Of a stretch of 64,000 bases of DNA, positions 27,522-38,125 are shown piece by piece. Source of the DNA: Candidatus Multivoradales bacterium (GTDB taxonomy: Bacteria > Acidobacteriota > Thermoanaerobaculia > Multivoradales > JAHEKO01); assembly GCA_965223855.1 (NCBI GenBank), contig CBDCXM010000009.1, positions 657,054-721,053 on the forward strand, read 5' to 3'. Each line of letters begins with the position of its first letter. Position 1 is the stretch's first letter. Under the pieces are notes generated by a model. It had not been told where the DNA came from and made no database searches. It saw only the letters and a program-made list of their open reading frames with translations. A program made the translations under genes and the position numbers.

Positions 27522-28691
27522 TCAGTTGCCCCGGCGGCGGCGCTCTTCGAGCTCGCGCAGGCGCTCCATGATCTCCTTGCGCTTGAGCTCGATTTCCTTC
27601 TTGTAGTCGACCAGCCGGCCCTCGTTGATGACGAAGACGCGCGGGAACTTCTGGACGTCGCCGCGCTCGTCGAACTGCAGCATTCCGGTCACGCCCTGAA
27701 AGTCGCGCAGGCCGCGCAGACCACTCCACAGTTCGCTCGGGAACTCGCCACCCGACTGCTCGATCGCCGCTGCGAGCACCAGCACCGAGTCGTAGCCGTG
27801 TGCCGCGTAGAGGTCGGGGGTGAGTCCGTACTTCTCGCGGTAGGCATCGACGAACGACTTGATCTGCTCCTCTTCGCTCTTGGTGTCGAATCCGGCCTGG
27901 GTCAGGAAGACACCCTCTGCCGGCTCACCGACCTGCTCGATGATCTCCGGCGACGCGAAGGCGGCTGTCGAGAGAATCCGCCCCGCGAACTCGCGCGACC
28001 GAAGCTCGCGGATGATCTCTGCGATGTCGTCGGCGTAGGCGGCGAGGTAGACCGCATCCGGCTCGAGGGTCATCACTCGATCGACGAGACCGGTGAAGTC
28101 CCCGCCGGCCGGGAAGACGATCTTCTCCAACACCTCTCCTCCCTGGCGCTCGAAGTTGGTCTCGAAGACCTCTCGATTGCCCTGGGCGTAGGCGTCCTCC
28201 TTGGCGAGGATCACGGCGGTCGCCACCTTGAGCTCCTGGGTGGCGAAGTTCGCCATCGTCGTGCCTTCGCGCGCGTCGGAGACGAACACCCGGTAGAAGT
28301 ACTTCGAGATCCCGGTCAGCTCCGGTGTCGACGCCGACGGTGAGAGCAGCACCCGGCTCGCCCCGTCGGCGACCGCGACGGCCTTGAGCGCCTCCGGTGT
28401 CGTCACTCCGCCGATCACGGCCGTCGCACCGTCGATGTAGAGCTGCTCCACGAACTGCGCGGCCTTGTCGGGGTCGCTCTCGGAGTCGAGCACCGAAAGC
28501 TTGTACTGAACTTCGGTCTCCTGTTGCAGCAGCCGCTCGAAGGCAAGTTGGATCCCCTTCTCGATCGACTGGCCGTAGAGCTGGAAATCGCCGGTCAGTG
28601 GGAGAACGGCTCCGATCTGGACGGACGTTTCGCCCCCGCATCCCGCGAGGGCCAGGGACGTCAGGAGGAAACAGATCAGCGCTCTTCGCAT
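27522..28691 (-). CDS. Periplasmic solute-binding lipoprotein (LivK/type-I PBP fold) with a charged C-terminal coiled tail; orphan, no adjacent permease or ATPase
   Basis: ATG at 28691 with a GGAGG SD. Lipobox LALAGCGG. Sequence pattern typical of a branched-chain amino-acid type SBP. C-terminal KKEIELKRKEIMERLRELEERRRRGN. Confidence 0.7.
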   Translation of the reverse strand: MRRALICFLLTSLALAGCGGETSVQIGAVLPLTGDFQLYGQSIEKGIQLAFERLLQQETEVQYKLSVLDSESDPDKAAQFVEQLYIDGATAVIGGVTTPEALKAVAVADGASRVLLSPSASTPELTGISKYFYRVFVSDAREGTTMANFATQELKVATAVILAKEDAYAQGNREVFETNFERQGGEVLEKIVFPAGGDFTGLVDRVMTLEPDAVYLAAYADDIAEIIRELRSREFAGRILSTAAFASPEIIEQVGEPAEGVFLTQAGFDTKSEEEQIKSFVDAYREKYGLTPDLYAAHGYDSVLVLAAAIEQSGGEFPSELWSGLRGLRDFQGVTGMLQFDERGDVQKFPRVFVINEGRLVDYKKEIELKRKEIMERLRELEERRRRGN

Positions 28692-28806
28692 GGGCCAGCC
28701 TCCACTCGAGAATGACGGGTATCTGCCCGGTTTGTAACCCACGGCCCTGAGGGTGTCAAGCTGGCGCGGTCGATCCAAACCGGTTCGGGCGTGGCACAAT
28801 CCACTC

Positions 28807-29115
28807 GTGAGCGAGACCCGCAAGTTGCGCGTGCGCTGCCCCGACTGCCAGAGCCGGCTGGTCGTGGACGCCGCCACCGGAGAGGTTCTGGCCCACGAGA
28901 CGCCCGACCGACCGGCCGCCGCCGGGCAGGACTTCGAAGAGCTGCTCGCCGACCTCGACCGCGGCAAGGCCGAGGCGGAAGCGGTGTTCGCGCGCGAAGT
29001 GGCCGCTCACGAGGATCAGGATCGCCTGCTCGAGGAGAAGTTCCGCGAGGCGATGAAGCGAGCTGCCGACGAGCCGGAGGACGAGCGGCCGCCGAGTCCC
29101 TTCGACTACGACTGA
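28807..29115 (+). CDS. Small hypothetical protein with a CxxC pair (CPDCQ) and an acidic tail
   Basis: ORF only; a GTG start was chosen. No homology recognised. Confidence 0.3.
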   Translation: MSETRKLRVRCPDCQSRLVVDAATGEVLAHETPDRPAAAGQDFEELLADLDRGKAEAEAVFAREVAAHEDQDRLLEEKFREAMKRAADEPEDERPPSPFDYD

Positions 29116-29140
29116 GGGTCGCACTCCCGGGCAGAGGGGT

Positions 29141-31354
29141 TCAGCGCAGATAGATCGGCGAGTCGCCGACGGTGACGGGTGTACCCTCCTCGAGACCGGA
29201 GAGAGCCTCGATGGCAGCACCGTCGCGAGCGTTGGCCGTCCCGATCCCGATCGGCACCTCGGCCTGACGGTGCCCTCCGGTCGACCAGCCAACCCAGCGC
29301 TCCTCGCCGCCTACGTCGAAGCCGTACCACCAGACCCCCTCGGCGGTCACCCGCCGGTGCCTGAGCCGGCCGCCGCCGAGACGTTCGCACAGCGTCGAGA
29401 GTGCCTCGAACGCCGGCCGGCGCCGCAGCGATCCGTCCGCCTCCTGCACCACAAGCCCGTAGCCACGGGCGATCAACTGCCACCAGTAGGCGCGCTCGAC
29501 CATCCCCGAAGCGAGGGCCTGCACGTAGAAGCGCACCAGATAGTCGGCCTGGCGCTCCTCGTCGACCGAGACCTTGCGACCGGCCGGAGAGTGCGGCCCC
29601 TCCCACAACGGCCAGTTGAACTCGGTGATCCAGTTCTCGCCGGCGGCGTTGCGCGCGGTGTCGGCGATCGCCCGCAGCAGCGTCACCTTGCCGATCGTGT
29701 CGAGGCCGAGCTGGCGGTTCTCCGGCGCCCCTCTGCGATCGACGTAGAGCAGGCTCGCGACACCGTCGAGGGCCAGCCCTTCGCGCCACCTGGCGTTGAG
29801 CAGCGAGGCGGTGGCGTAGAACTCGAAGTCGATCACCGCCGGGCCGAAGAGCTGAGCGTCGTAGGGCTCGAAGGCGTCCCGCGCCGCCATCAGCAGACGT
29901 TCGTACTCGTCGTAGCGCCACACCCCCCACTTGCTGCGGTTGACCGCCTGGCCGACCTGGAAGGTCGAACCGTAGGGGGTGAAGCGCGCCGCCAGCTCGT
30001 CGAGTGACGCACGCCAGCGTCCGAGGTCCTTCACCAGCTCACGATTCTGCGGCAGGCTGTAGACGAGGTCGTAGCCACGGCCGGCGAGCTCACGCGCGAG
30101 GGCCTCCTCGTCGTCGTGCTCGTTCTGCCAGGGATGGAGTCGCAGCAGGAGCTTGCGCACCCCCAGCGCCTCGAGCTCGCGCAGCAGACCGTCGGGATCG
30201 GCCGGCCACGGGCGCAAGGCCAGACCGATGCCGTCGAGACCGATTCCGTCGAGACCGACCTCTGACGTCTCTCGAGCCCCCGGGTCGGCGGCGGATGCCA
30301 ACACGACAGGGCCGCCGCCGTTGCGAAGCCGCCGGTAGCGCCCGGCGATGCGTGGCAGTGCGGCGGCACAGACGGCGAGCTCGCGAAGGTGAGCGCCGGA
30401 GTCGGCAAGCCGCACCCCGAGACGCTGCCACCTGCCGGCGTGCTGGTGAGGCTGATCGGAGAGGTGGTCCCACACCGAGCGGTCGCGGGCGCCGGCTTGC
30501 TCGGGCGCCGCCGGGATGTGAGCGTGCGGGCGCCGCGGTGCGAAGCCCGAGAAGGGCGAGCGCAGCCAGCGTTTGGTTTCATTGCGCCACAGAAAGGCGT
30601 TCGAGTAGAGCGAGTAGAGGAAGCGCTTCCAACCGCTCTCGCCATCGTCCCAGTAGGCCTCGAGAAAGCATCGCTGATGCGCCGGATCGAAGATTCGCAA
30701 CCGGCACAGGTCTCGCACCCGCTCGACCGTGGTCGGCACGGGGCCGACGCGCGCTCGGTTCAGATCGACGATCGCCACCTCGGGAAGTCTCCCTTCGCGC
30801 GGACAGACGAGCAGGTTGCCGACCGAGACGTCGCGGTGCCAGATGCCGGCGTCGTGCATCCCGCGGAGGAAGAGCGCCAGCGCGGTCAGCAGATCTTCGA
30901 CCGAGAGCTGCGGGAACTCCTCCTGAGCCAATCCCCTCTCGAGGGCGCGGAAGAAGTAGCGCGACTCGAAGCAGTCGGCGATGCGGCGCGAAACGAAGAG
31001 CGACGGGCCCTCGGGGTCTCGCGACTCGATGAGGAGTAGAGGTTCGGCCGTGGCGACACCATGTTCGACGCAGTAGCGCGCCACCCGCCAGCTCTTCTCC
31101 GCCTTGCTCCCCTCGAAGCGGCGGCGCAAGCGCGCCTTCCAACCCTGATTGCGAAACTGCTTGACGACGACGTCGACGGCCCCCGACTCAGTCGGAAGCT
31201 GCTGGCGATAGAGATAGTTTCTCCCCCAATGGATCGTCTCGGTCGCCCGCCCCGGATCGACGAGCTCCACGACCGCGGCCTCGAGGTCGAGCGGTCTCGC
31301 GCTCGCGAGCACCTCTCCCCTCCAGGCGTCGAGCTCGAACGACTCCGTCCTCAA
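29141..31354 (-). CDS. Fusion protein: N-terminal Kdo/WaaP-type lipopolysaccharide kinase-like domain plus C-terminal clan GH-A glycoside-hydrolase-like TIM-barrel domain
   Basis: Kinase motifs GIWHRDVSVGNLLV and IVDLNRARVG. The C-domain has NE(HD) and ITEFNWP motifs reminiscent of the GH-A acid/base and nucleophile. Confidence 0.6.
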   Translation of the reverse strand: MRTESFELDAWRGEVLASARPLDLEAAVVELVDPGRATETIHWGRNYLYRQQLPTESGAVDVVVKQFRNQGWKARLRRRFEGSKAEKSWRVARYCVEHGVATAEPLLLIESRDPEGPSLFVSRRIADCFESRYFFRALERGLAQEEFPQLSVEDLLTALALFLRGMHDAGIWHRDVSVGNLLVCPREGRLPEVAIVDLNRARVGPVPTTVERVRDLCRLRIFDPAHQRCFLEAYWDDGESGWKRFLYSLYSNAFLWRNETKRWLRSPFSGFAPRRPHAHIPAAPEQAGARDRSVWDHLSDQPHQHAGRWQRLGVRLADSGAHLRELAVCAAALPRIAGRYRRLRNGGGPVVLASAADPGARETSEVGLDGIGLDGIGLALRPWPADPDGLLRELEALGVRKLLLRLHPWQNEHDDEEALARELAGRGYDLVYSLPQNRELVKDLGRWRASLDELAARFTPYGSTFQVGQAVNRSKWGVWRYDEYERLLMAARDAFEPYDAQLFGPAVIDFEFYATASLLNARWREGLALDGVASLLYVDRRGAPENRQLGLDTIGKVTLLRAIADTARNAAGENWITEFNWPLWEGPHSPAGRKVSVDEERQADYLVRFYVQALASGMVERAYWWQLIARGYGLVVQEADGSLRRRPAFEALSTLCERLGGGRLRHRRVTAEGVWWYGFDVGGEERWVGWSTGGHRQAEVPIGIGTANARDGAAIEALSGLEEGTPVTVGDSPIYLR

Positions 31355-32763
31355 GAGCTCACCTCGGTCAGCTCGAAAGTCCCGGCCTCGAGATCGGCGG
31401 CGGTCTCGACTTCGAGGCGCCCTTCGAGATCCTCCTGCAACCTGCGCGCAGCCGGATCGGCAAGCTCGCTCTCGCCGGGGAGAGCCGCCGGGAGTCGCAG
31501 GCGCCAGCGCCGGCCGCCGGCCCGCCGCTCGGCCGAACGCAGTTCCCGGCCGGCCGAACGCACCGTTTCGAGCAGCGACGGCAGACGGCCGGATCCCTGA
31601 CAGGCCCCGCAGCGCGTCGTCGTGCGGCGCCAGAGGTCTTCGCGGCCCCGCTTGCGGGTGACACCGACCAGGCCGAACGCCCCCAACGCCTCGACCTGAG
31701 TCGCCGCCTTGTCGGCTTCGAGCGCGCTCCTCAGCGCATCGAGCACCCGCTCCCAGTGATCGGGCTCCTCGAGATCGATGAAGTCGATGACCACGATCCC
31801 GGCGAGATCGCGCAGCCTGAGCTGGCGCGCGACCTCGGCGGCGGCCTCCAGATTGGTGGCGAGCGCGGTCTCCTCGAGCCGCATCGCGCCCAGGTCGCGT
31901 CCCGAGTTGACGTCGACCGCCAGCAGTGCCTCCGTCGGCTCGATCACCAGCGAACCCCCCGACGGGAGGGGCACGCGGCGCGACGCGAGTCCTGCGATCT
32001 GCGCCTCCGCGCCGTAGGCCGCCAGCAGCGACTCGGGGTCCGTGTGGACGTTCAGCCGCTCCACAAGCTCGGGCGACGCGACCTCGAGCACCGCACGCAC
32101 CCTTCGCTCCATCGCCTCGTCGTCGACGACGATCTCATCGATCCCGGAGTGCAACCGGTCGCGCAACCACCGTTCGATCGGATCGAGGTCCCGATGCAGT
32201 CGGCGGACCGGTCGACCTTCGGCCGCCCGTCGGCAGAGGATCCGGTAGAGGGCGAGCAGCTCCTCCCCCTCTGAACGCAACGTGTCGACGCTCACGCCAA
32301 CCGCTGCCGTTCGGACGATCCAGCCGACACCGTCGCCGATCCCTTCCAACGCACCCGCGAGCCGGAGCGCCTCGTCTTCGTCCTCGATCCGGCTCGAGAC
32401 GGCAACCCCGTCTCCAGGGGCGAGCAACACGGCGAAACGCCCGGGAAGGGACATGCCGCGCCGTACCCGCGCCCCCTTGCCGGGAAGCGGATCACGGTAG
32501 ACCTGAACGACGATCGGAGCGTTCACCTCGAGCCGTTCGCCCTCCTCCAGGTGGAAGTCCGACTCGTGGAGAAAGGCGTGCCGCTCCCCGCCGATGTCGA
32601 CGAACGCGGCGTCGATCGCCGGCGCCAGCCGGCGGATCCTCCCGTGGTAGACGTCGCCGACCAGCGAGTCGCCCTCTATCTCGGAGAGAAACTCGGTCAG
32701 GCGCCCGTCCGCGAGCAGCGCCATCCTCACCCCGACGGGGTCGCTCTCGATCAGCAGCCTCAC
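31351..32763 (-). CDS. rng: Ribonuclease G (Rne/Rng family; S1 plus catalytic domain)
   Basis: N-terminus VRLLIESDPVGVRMALLADG…, …LVIEPTEALLAVDVNSG…, C-terminal Zn-link CGACQGSG. The GTG start overlaps the rodA stop (GTGA). Confidence 0.8.
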   Translation of the reverse strand: MRLLIESDPVGVRMALLADGRLTEFLSEIEGDSLVGDVYHGRIRRLAPAIDAAFVDIGGERHAFLHESDFHLEEGERLEVNAPIVVQVYRDPLPGKGARVRRGMSLPGRFAVLLAPGDGVAVSSRIEDEDEALRLAGALEGIGDGVGWIVRTAAVGVSVDTLRSEGEELLALYRILCRRAAEGRPVRRLHRDLDPIERWLRDRLHSGIDEIVVDDEAMERRVRAVLEVASPELVERLNVHTDPESLLAAYGAEAQIAGLASRRVPLPSGGSLVIEPTEALLAVDVNSGRDLGAMRLEETALATNLEAAAEVARQLRLRDLAGIVVIDFIDLEEPDHWERVLDALRSALEADKAATQVEALGAFGLVGVTRKRGREDLWRRTTTRCGACQGSGRLPSLLETVRSAGRELRSAERRAGGRRWRLRLPAALPGESELADPAARRLQEDLEGRLEVETAADLEAGTFELTEVSS

Positions 32764-33890
32764 CGGTTCACGTAGCGCCGCAGATCGACGTTGAGAATCA
32801 GCCCGGCACTCATGAAGGACGCCAGGGTGAACGACCCGCCGTAGGAAAGAAACGGCAGCGGGATGCCGGTGATCGGCAGCAGCCCGACGACCATGGCGGT
32901 GTTGTAGATGACGTGAAAGCCGAAGCCTGAGAGCAGGCCGATCACCAGGAAGATGCCGGCCCGGTCCCTCGCCCGCATCGCCACCTGGGCGCCGTTGTAG
33001 AGGTAGAGGGTATAGAGCATCAGCACGACGACGACACCGAAGAACCCCCACTCCTCCGCCAGCACGGCGAAGATGAAGTCGGTGTGCCGCGCCGGCAGAA
33101 ACCGCAGCTGGCTCTGCGTCCCCTGCAGGTAGCCGCGGCCGGCGAGCTGCCCGGAGCCGACCGCGATCTTGCTCTGCTGGAGCTGGTAACCGGCACCCAG
33201 CGGTTCGCGCTCGGGGTCGAGGAAGGTCCGCACCCTCTCCTTCTGGTAGTCGAGCAGGGCGAAGTTCCACACCAGCGCCAGGACGAGCACGCCGAGGACG
33301 AGCGCCGCGACGACCCACTGCCAGCGCACTCCGGCGACGAACAGCATGCCGGCGAAGATCGGCAGGAACATGACCGCGCTTCCGAGGTCACGTTCGAGGA
33401 TGATGAGCGACATCGGCGCCAGCACGATGCCCGACGCCAGGAGGATCTGCGACAGCCGCAGGTAGCGGCGGTTGGTGCCCGACAGGTAGCGCGCCAGCAG
33501 CAACGCCGTCGAGAGCTTGGCGAACTCCGAAGGCTGGAGCCCGAAACCGCCGATGCCGAACCAGCTCCGTGCCCCCCCGCGCACCGCGCCGACGAACAGC
33601 ACCGCTACCAGAGCCGCCATGCCGAGCGCGTAGATCACGACCGAGAACTTGGTGAGCGTCTGATAGTCGAACGAGAGCATCGCCACGAACGCCACGAGCC
33701 CGATGAGGATCCACACCCCCTGCCGCGGCACGTAGTCGATGCCGAGCTCGGAGCTCGCGCTGTGGACCGTCGCCAGCCCGACTGCCGCCAGCAGCAGCGC
33801 CGCCAGCAGCAATGCCCAGCGAACGTCGGCGAGGCTGCGCAGCAGCGGCCGGTCGTCAGCCAGCGTCAGGGTCGTCGAAGTAGGTTTCAT
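32760..33890 (-). CDS. rodA: Rod shape-determining peptidoglycan glycosyltransferase RodA (SEDS family)
   Basis: FtsW/RodA/SpoVE pattern with multiple TM helices. The ATG at 33890 overlaps the PBP2 3' end by about 35 nt. Confidence 0.8.
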   Translation of the reverse strand: MKPTSTTLTLADDRPLLRSLADVRWALLLAALLLAAVGLATVHSASSELGIDYVPRQGVWILIGLVAFVAMLSFDYQTLTKFSVVIYALGMAALVAVLFVGAVRGGARSWFGIGGFGLQPSEFAKLSTALLLARYLSGTNRRYLRLSQILLASGIVLAPMSLIILERDLGSAVMFLPIFAGMLFVAGVRWQWVVAALVLGVLVLALVWNFALLDYQKERVRTFLDPEREPLGAGYQLQQSKIAVGSGQLAGRGYLQGTQSQLRFLPARHTDFIFAVLAEEWGFFGVVVVLMLYTLYLYNGAQVAMRARDRAGIFLVIGLLSGFGFHVIYNTAMVVGLLPITGIPLPFLSYGGSFTLASFMSAGLILNVDLRRYVNR

Positions 33891-35634
33891 AGATGGTCCT
33901 GGCGATCGGAGCCGCCGCCTCCGAGCCGTGGCCGCCGTGCTCGACGAACGCCACCACCACCAGCTCCGCATGTTCGGTCGGCGCGAACGCGGCGAACCAG
34001 GCGTGGTCGCGCTGCTCGAACGGCAGATCCTCGCTGCGGGTCCAGGTGCGCTGCTCCACCACCTGGGCGGTACCGGTCTTGCCGGCCACGGCGACGTGCG
34101 GCAGCCGCGCCACGCCGCCGGTGCCTCGCTCCTCGTTGACCACCGCCCACATGGCGTCCTTCACCGTGTCGAGAATCGCCGGATCGATCTCGATCGTCTC
34201 GACCCGCGGAGCGGTACCGGCGATCACGTGCGGTGTCACCAGCCTGCCGCCGTTGGCGATCGCGGCGATCATCCGGGCCGTCTGCAGCGGCGTGACCAGG
34301 ATCGGCCCCTGGCCGATCGCGACCGAGACCGTCTCTCCCGGATACCACGGTGATCCGCGCTTCGCGAGACTCCACTCGGCATCCGGGATGAGACCGGATT
34401 TCTCGCCGGGGATGTCGAAGCCGGTCCTCGAGCCGAGCCCGAACAGACGGGAGTAGTGGGCGATCCTGCTGATGCCGAGCTTCATCCCGAGCTGGTAGAA
34501 GTAGATGTCGCACGAGCGCTGGATCGCGGTGCGCAGGTTGACCCAGCCGTGGCCGCTGCGAAGCCAGCAGCGAGTGCGCCTGTTGTAGATCTTCGTATGG
34601 CCGGCGCAGTAGACCGAGTCGCGCTCGCTGACCACCCGCTCGGCGAGACCGGCGGCCGCCACCAGCACCTTGAACACCGATCCGGGCGCGTGCGCGTTCT
34701 GCACCGCGCGGTTCTGAAGCGGCTGGTGCGGTGCCTCTATCACCGCCTGCCACTGCTCGTTGTCGAGCCGCCGCGTGAAGAGGTTCGGGTTGTACGAGGG
34801 CGCCGAGACGAGCACCAGCACCTCTCCCGTTCTGGCGTCGAGAGCCACCACCGAGCCGACCCGGTCGCCGAGCTGACGCGCCGCCTGCTGCTGCAGCTCG
34901 AGATCGAGCGTCAGATCGAGACGTCGACCGGCAACCGCCGCGCGTCGCCCGTGTTCGTCGCGGGTGCGTCCGAACGAGTCGACCACCAGCTCCCGCTCGC
35001 CGTCCTCGCCTCGAAGGCGACCGTCGAACGCGCGCTCGACCCCCTTGCGACCGACGAGATCGCCGGCGCGGTAGGCGCCGTCGGCCCGGGTCAGATCGGC
35101 CTCGGTCGCCTCGCCCAGATAGCCGAGCGCATGAGCGGTGATCTCTCCCTGGCGGTAGAGGCGCAGATGCTCGATCTGGATCTCGAACTCCGGGTGCTCG
35201 AGCTCCGCGACGCCGAAGCGGGCCACCTCGGCCAGCGACAGGTTCTCTGCCAGCAGCACCGGTTTGAAGCGCGAGCTCCCCTCGCTGCGCGCGACCGCCT
35301 CGTCGAGCTCGGAGCGTTCGAGCTCGAGCGTTCGCGCCGCGAAGTCGAGCGCGAGGTCGAGATCGGCGGTGACGCTGCGATCGAGCAGCAGGTTGTAGCT
35401 CGGTACGTTGTCGACCAGCAGCCGACCATGACGGTCGTAGATCAGTCCACGCGGAGCCTGGATCGGTGATCGGCGCAGCCTGTTGTTCTCGGCCAGCTCG
35501 CGGTAGTAGTCCCCCTGCACCACCTGAACCCGCCAGTACGCCGTCGCGATCACCACCAGCAGCACCATGCAGGCGATCTGCAGCATCGGCACCCTCGAGA
35601 CGAGGTCGTCGCGTTGCTCCCGAACTCTCTTCAT
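33856..35634 (-). CDS. mrdA: Penicillin-binding protein 2 (elongasome transpeptidase)
   Basis: N-terminal TM anchor, PBP dimerisation domain, and transpeptidase domain with STxK/SxN/KTG-type pattern. ATG at 35634 lies 5 nt after the mreD stop. Confidence 0.85.
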   Translation of the reverse strand: MKRVREQRDDLVSRVPMLQIACMVLLVVIATAYWRVQVVQGDYYRELAENNRLRRSPIQAPRGLIYDRHGRLLVDNVPSYNLLLDRSVTADLDLALDFAARTLELERSELDEAVARSEGSSRFKPVLLAENLSLAEVARFGVAELEHPEFEIQIEHLRLYRQGEITAHALGYLGEATEADLTRADGAYRAGDLVGRKGVERAFDGRLRGEDGERELVVDSFGRTRDEHGRRAAVAGRRLDLTLDLELQQQAARQLGDRVGSVVALDARTGEVLVLVSAPSYNPNLFTRRLDNEQWQAVIEAPHQPLQNRAVQNAHAPGSVFKVLVAAAGLAERVVSERDSVYCAGHTKIYNRRTRCWLRSGHGWVNLRTAIQRSCDIYFYQLGMKLGISRIAHYSRLFGLGSRTGFDIPGEKSGLIPDAEWSLAKRGSPWYPGETVSVAIGQGPILVTPLQTARMIAAIANGGRLVTPHVIAGTAPRVETIEIDPAILDTVKDAMWAVVNEERGTGGVARLPHVAVAGKTGTAQVVEQRTWTRSEDLPFEQRDHAWFAAFAPTEHAELVVVAFVEHGGHGSEAAAPIARTIYETYFDDPDAG

Positions 35635-35638
35635 CGTC

Positions 35639-36157
35639 TCAGTCCAACCTGATCCTCGTGCGACGGGTGCGCTTCCACAGATCGACCCGGCTGCTGAGCC
35701 GCTGCCGGACGGCGAAGAGCGCCGCTCCCAGCAAGCCCGTGACGGCGATCCGCGTCGCCACCCAGGGCATGGCGGGCACCTCCGGGCCGACGGAAAGCAG
35801 CCCCGAAAGGCCGAGCACCAGCAGCTGCTGGGCTGTCGCCACGAGAGCGAACAGCCACGCCGCACCGGACGGCCTCTGAATGACGACGCGCTGCACCGCG
35901 AAGGCGGTGCCGTAGCCGAGAATCGTATCAACGGCCCCGAAGAGGCCGAACGGCGAGCCGTACACTGCATCGGTCATCCAGCCCGCCGCGAGGCCTCCCG
36001 CCAGACCCGCAAGGGTGTTGCCGTCGAGGGAGTTGAAGATGGCGACGAGCAGGAAGAGATCGACGGCCACCGACCACGAGTCGAACCAGCGCACCGCGAC
36101 CGTGTGCAGGACGAGCGCGGCCAGCAGGGCTGCGACGAACTTCGCCAGCCGCCTCAC
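35639..36157 (-). CDS. mreD: Rod shape-determining protein MreD
   Basis: 173-aa polytopic membrane protein. Its GTG start overlaps the mreC stop (GTGA). Confidence 0.7.
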   Translation of the reverse strand: MRRLAKFVAALLAALVLHTVAVRWFDSWSVAVDLFLLVAIFNSLDGNTLAGLAGGLAAGWMTDAVYGSPFGLFGAVDTILGYGTAFAVQRVVIQRPSGAAWLFALVATAQQLLVLGLSGLLSVGPEVPAMPWVATRIAVTGLLGAALFAVRQRLSSRVDLWKRTRRTRIRLD

Positions 36158-37002
36158 GGTGTCGGTGTCTCCGACGGCGCACCAAGGTCGCGCAGGCTCT
36201 CGTCGAGCACCTGCACATCGAGCAGGTAGGCATGATCGATCGCCCCGAAATCGGCGGCCGGAGTCACCGTCACCTCGAAGAACAACTCGCTGCCCGGCTC
36301 GACGGCGGTGACGGTGCCGATCGTCAGCCCGCGGGGGTAGACGCCGTCGATCCCCGCCGTGACGAGCCGGTCGCCGACCGCCAGATCCGCCTGCAACGGA
36401 ATGAAATCGAGCACCAGACCGCCGCCCTCTCCGCGCACGACCCCCTGCCGGCGGGTGCGCTCGACCATCGCACCGACCGCCGCCGACCGGTCGGTGATGA
36501 GCTGCACCCGGGCATAGCTGCCGCTCGTCGAGACGACGCGCCCGACAAGCCCGTCGGCGGTCACCACCGGCTGGTTCGGCACCGCCGTCGTCTCCGGGAC
36601 CTTGAGCCACAGCCCCTTCATCCACGAGCCACGATCGAGGTAGATCACGTCGGCCAGCCGCACCTCGACCGCGCCCGAACGCTCGTACTCGACGGCGCCG
36701 CGCAATCGCTCGAGGTCGGCCGCCAGACCCTGCTGCCGCACCGCTTCCCGGCGCAGCGCTTCGGTGAGCTCACGCAAACGCTCGTTCTCCGCCAGCAGGC
36801 GCTGGCGCGTGGTCAACGCGACGGCGCGACCGGCGACCCAGTCGGCAACGCCGTCGACCACCGCCGCGAACGGCGCCACCGCACCGAGCACGCCACCGGT
36901 CAGGACGCTGCGCTCTCCGCTGCCCGGCACCTGCGCCGACAGCAGCAGGAGCTGGATGACGACGACCAGCACCAGCACCCAGAGGGTGCGTCGCTCGGTC
37001 AA
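36154..37002 (-). CDS. mreC: Rod shape-determining protein MreC
   Basis: N-terminal TM segment, a coiled-coil, and the MreC beta-domain pattern. Confidence 0.8.
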   Translation of the reverse strand: MTERRTLWVLVLVVVIQLLLLSAQVPGSGERSVLTGGVLGAVAPFAAVVDGVADWVAGRAVALTTRQRLLAENERLRELTEALRREAVRQQGLAADLERLRGAVEYERSGAVEVRLADVIYLDRGSWMKGLWLKVPETTAVPNQPVVTADGLVGRVVSTSGSYARVQLITDRSAAVGAMVERTRRQGVVRGEGGGLVLDFIPLQADLAVGDRLVTAGIDGVYPRGLTIGTVTAVEPGSELFFEVTVTPAADFGAIDHAYLLDVQVLDESLRDLGAPSETPTP

Positions 37003-37096
37003 GCTCCCACCTCACCGAGACACGCGGGCAGCGGCCGCGCGCCGCCGGGCGGAGGGAGGTTCGCCACCATGCGCTCCCGCCAGCCTCGCCGCCTGA

Positions 37097-38125
<1,029 letters not shown>

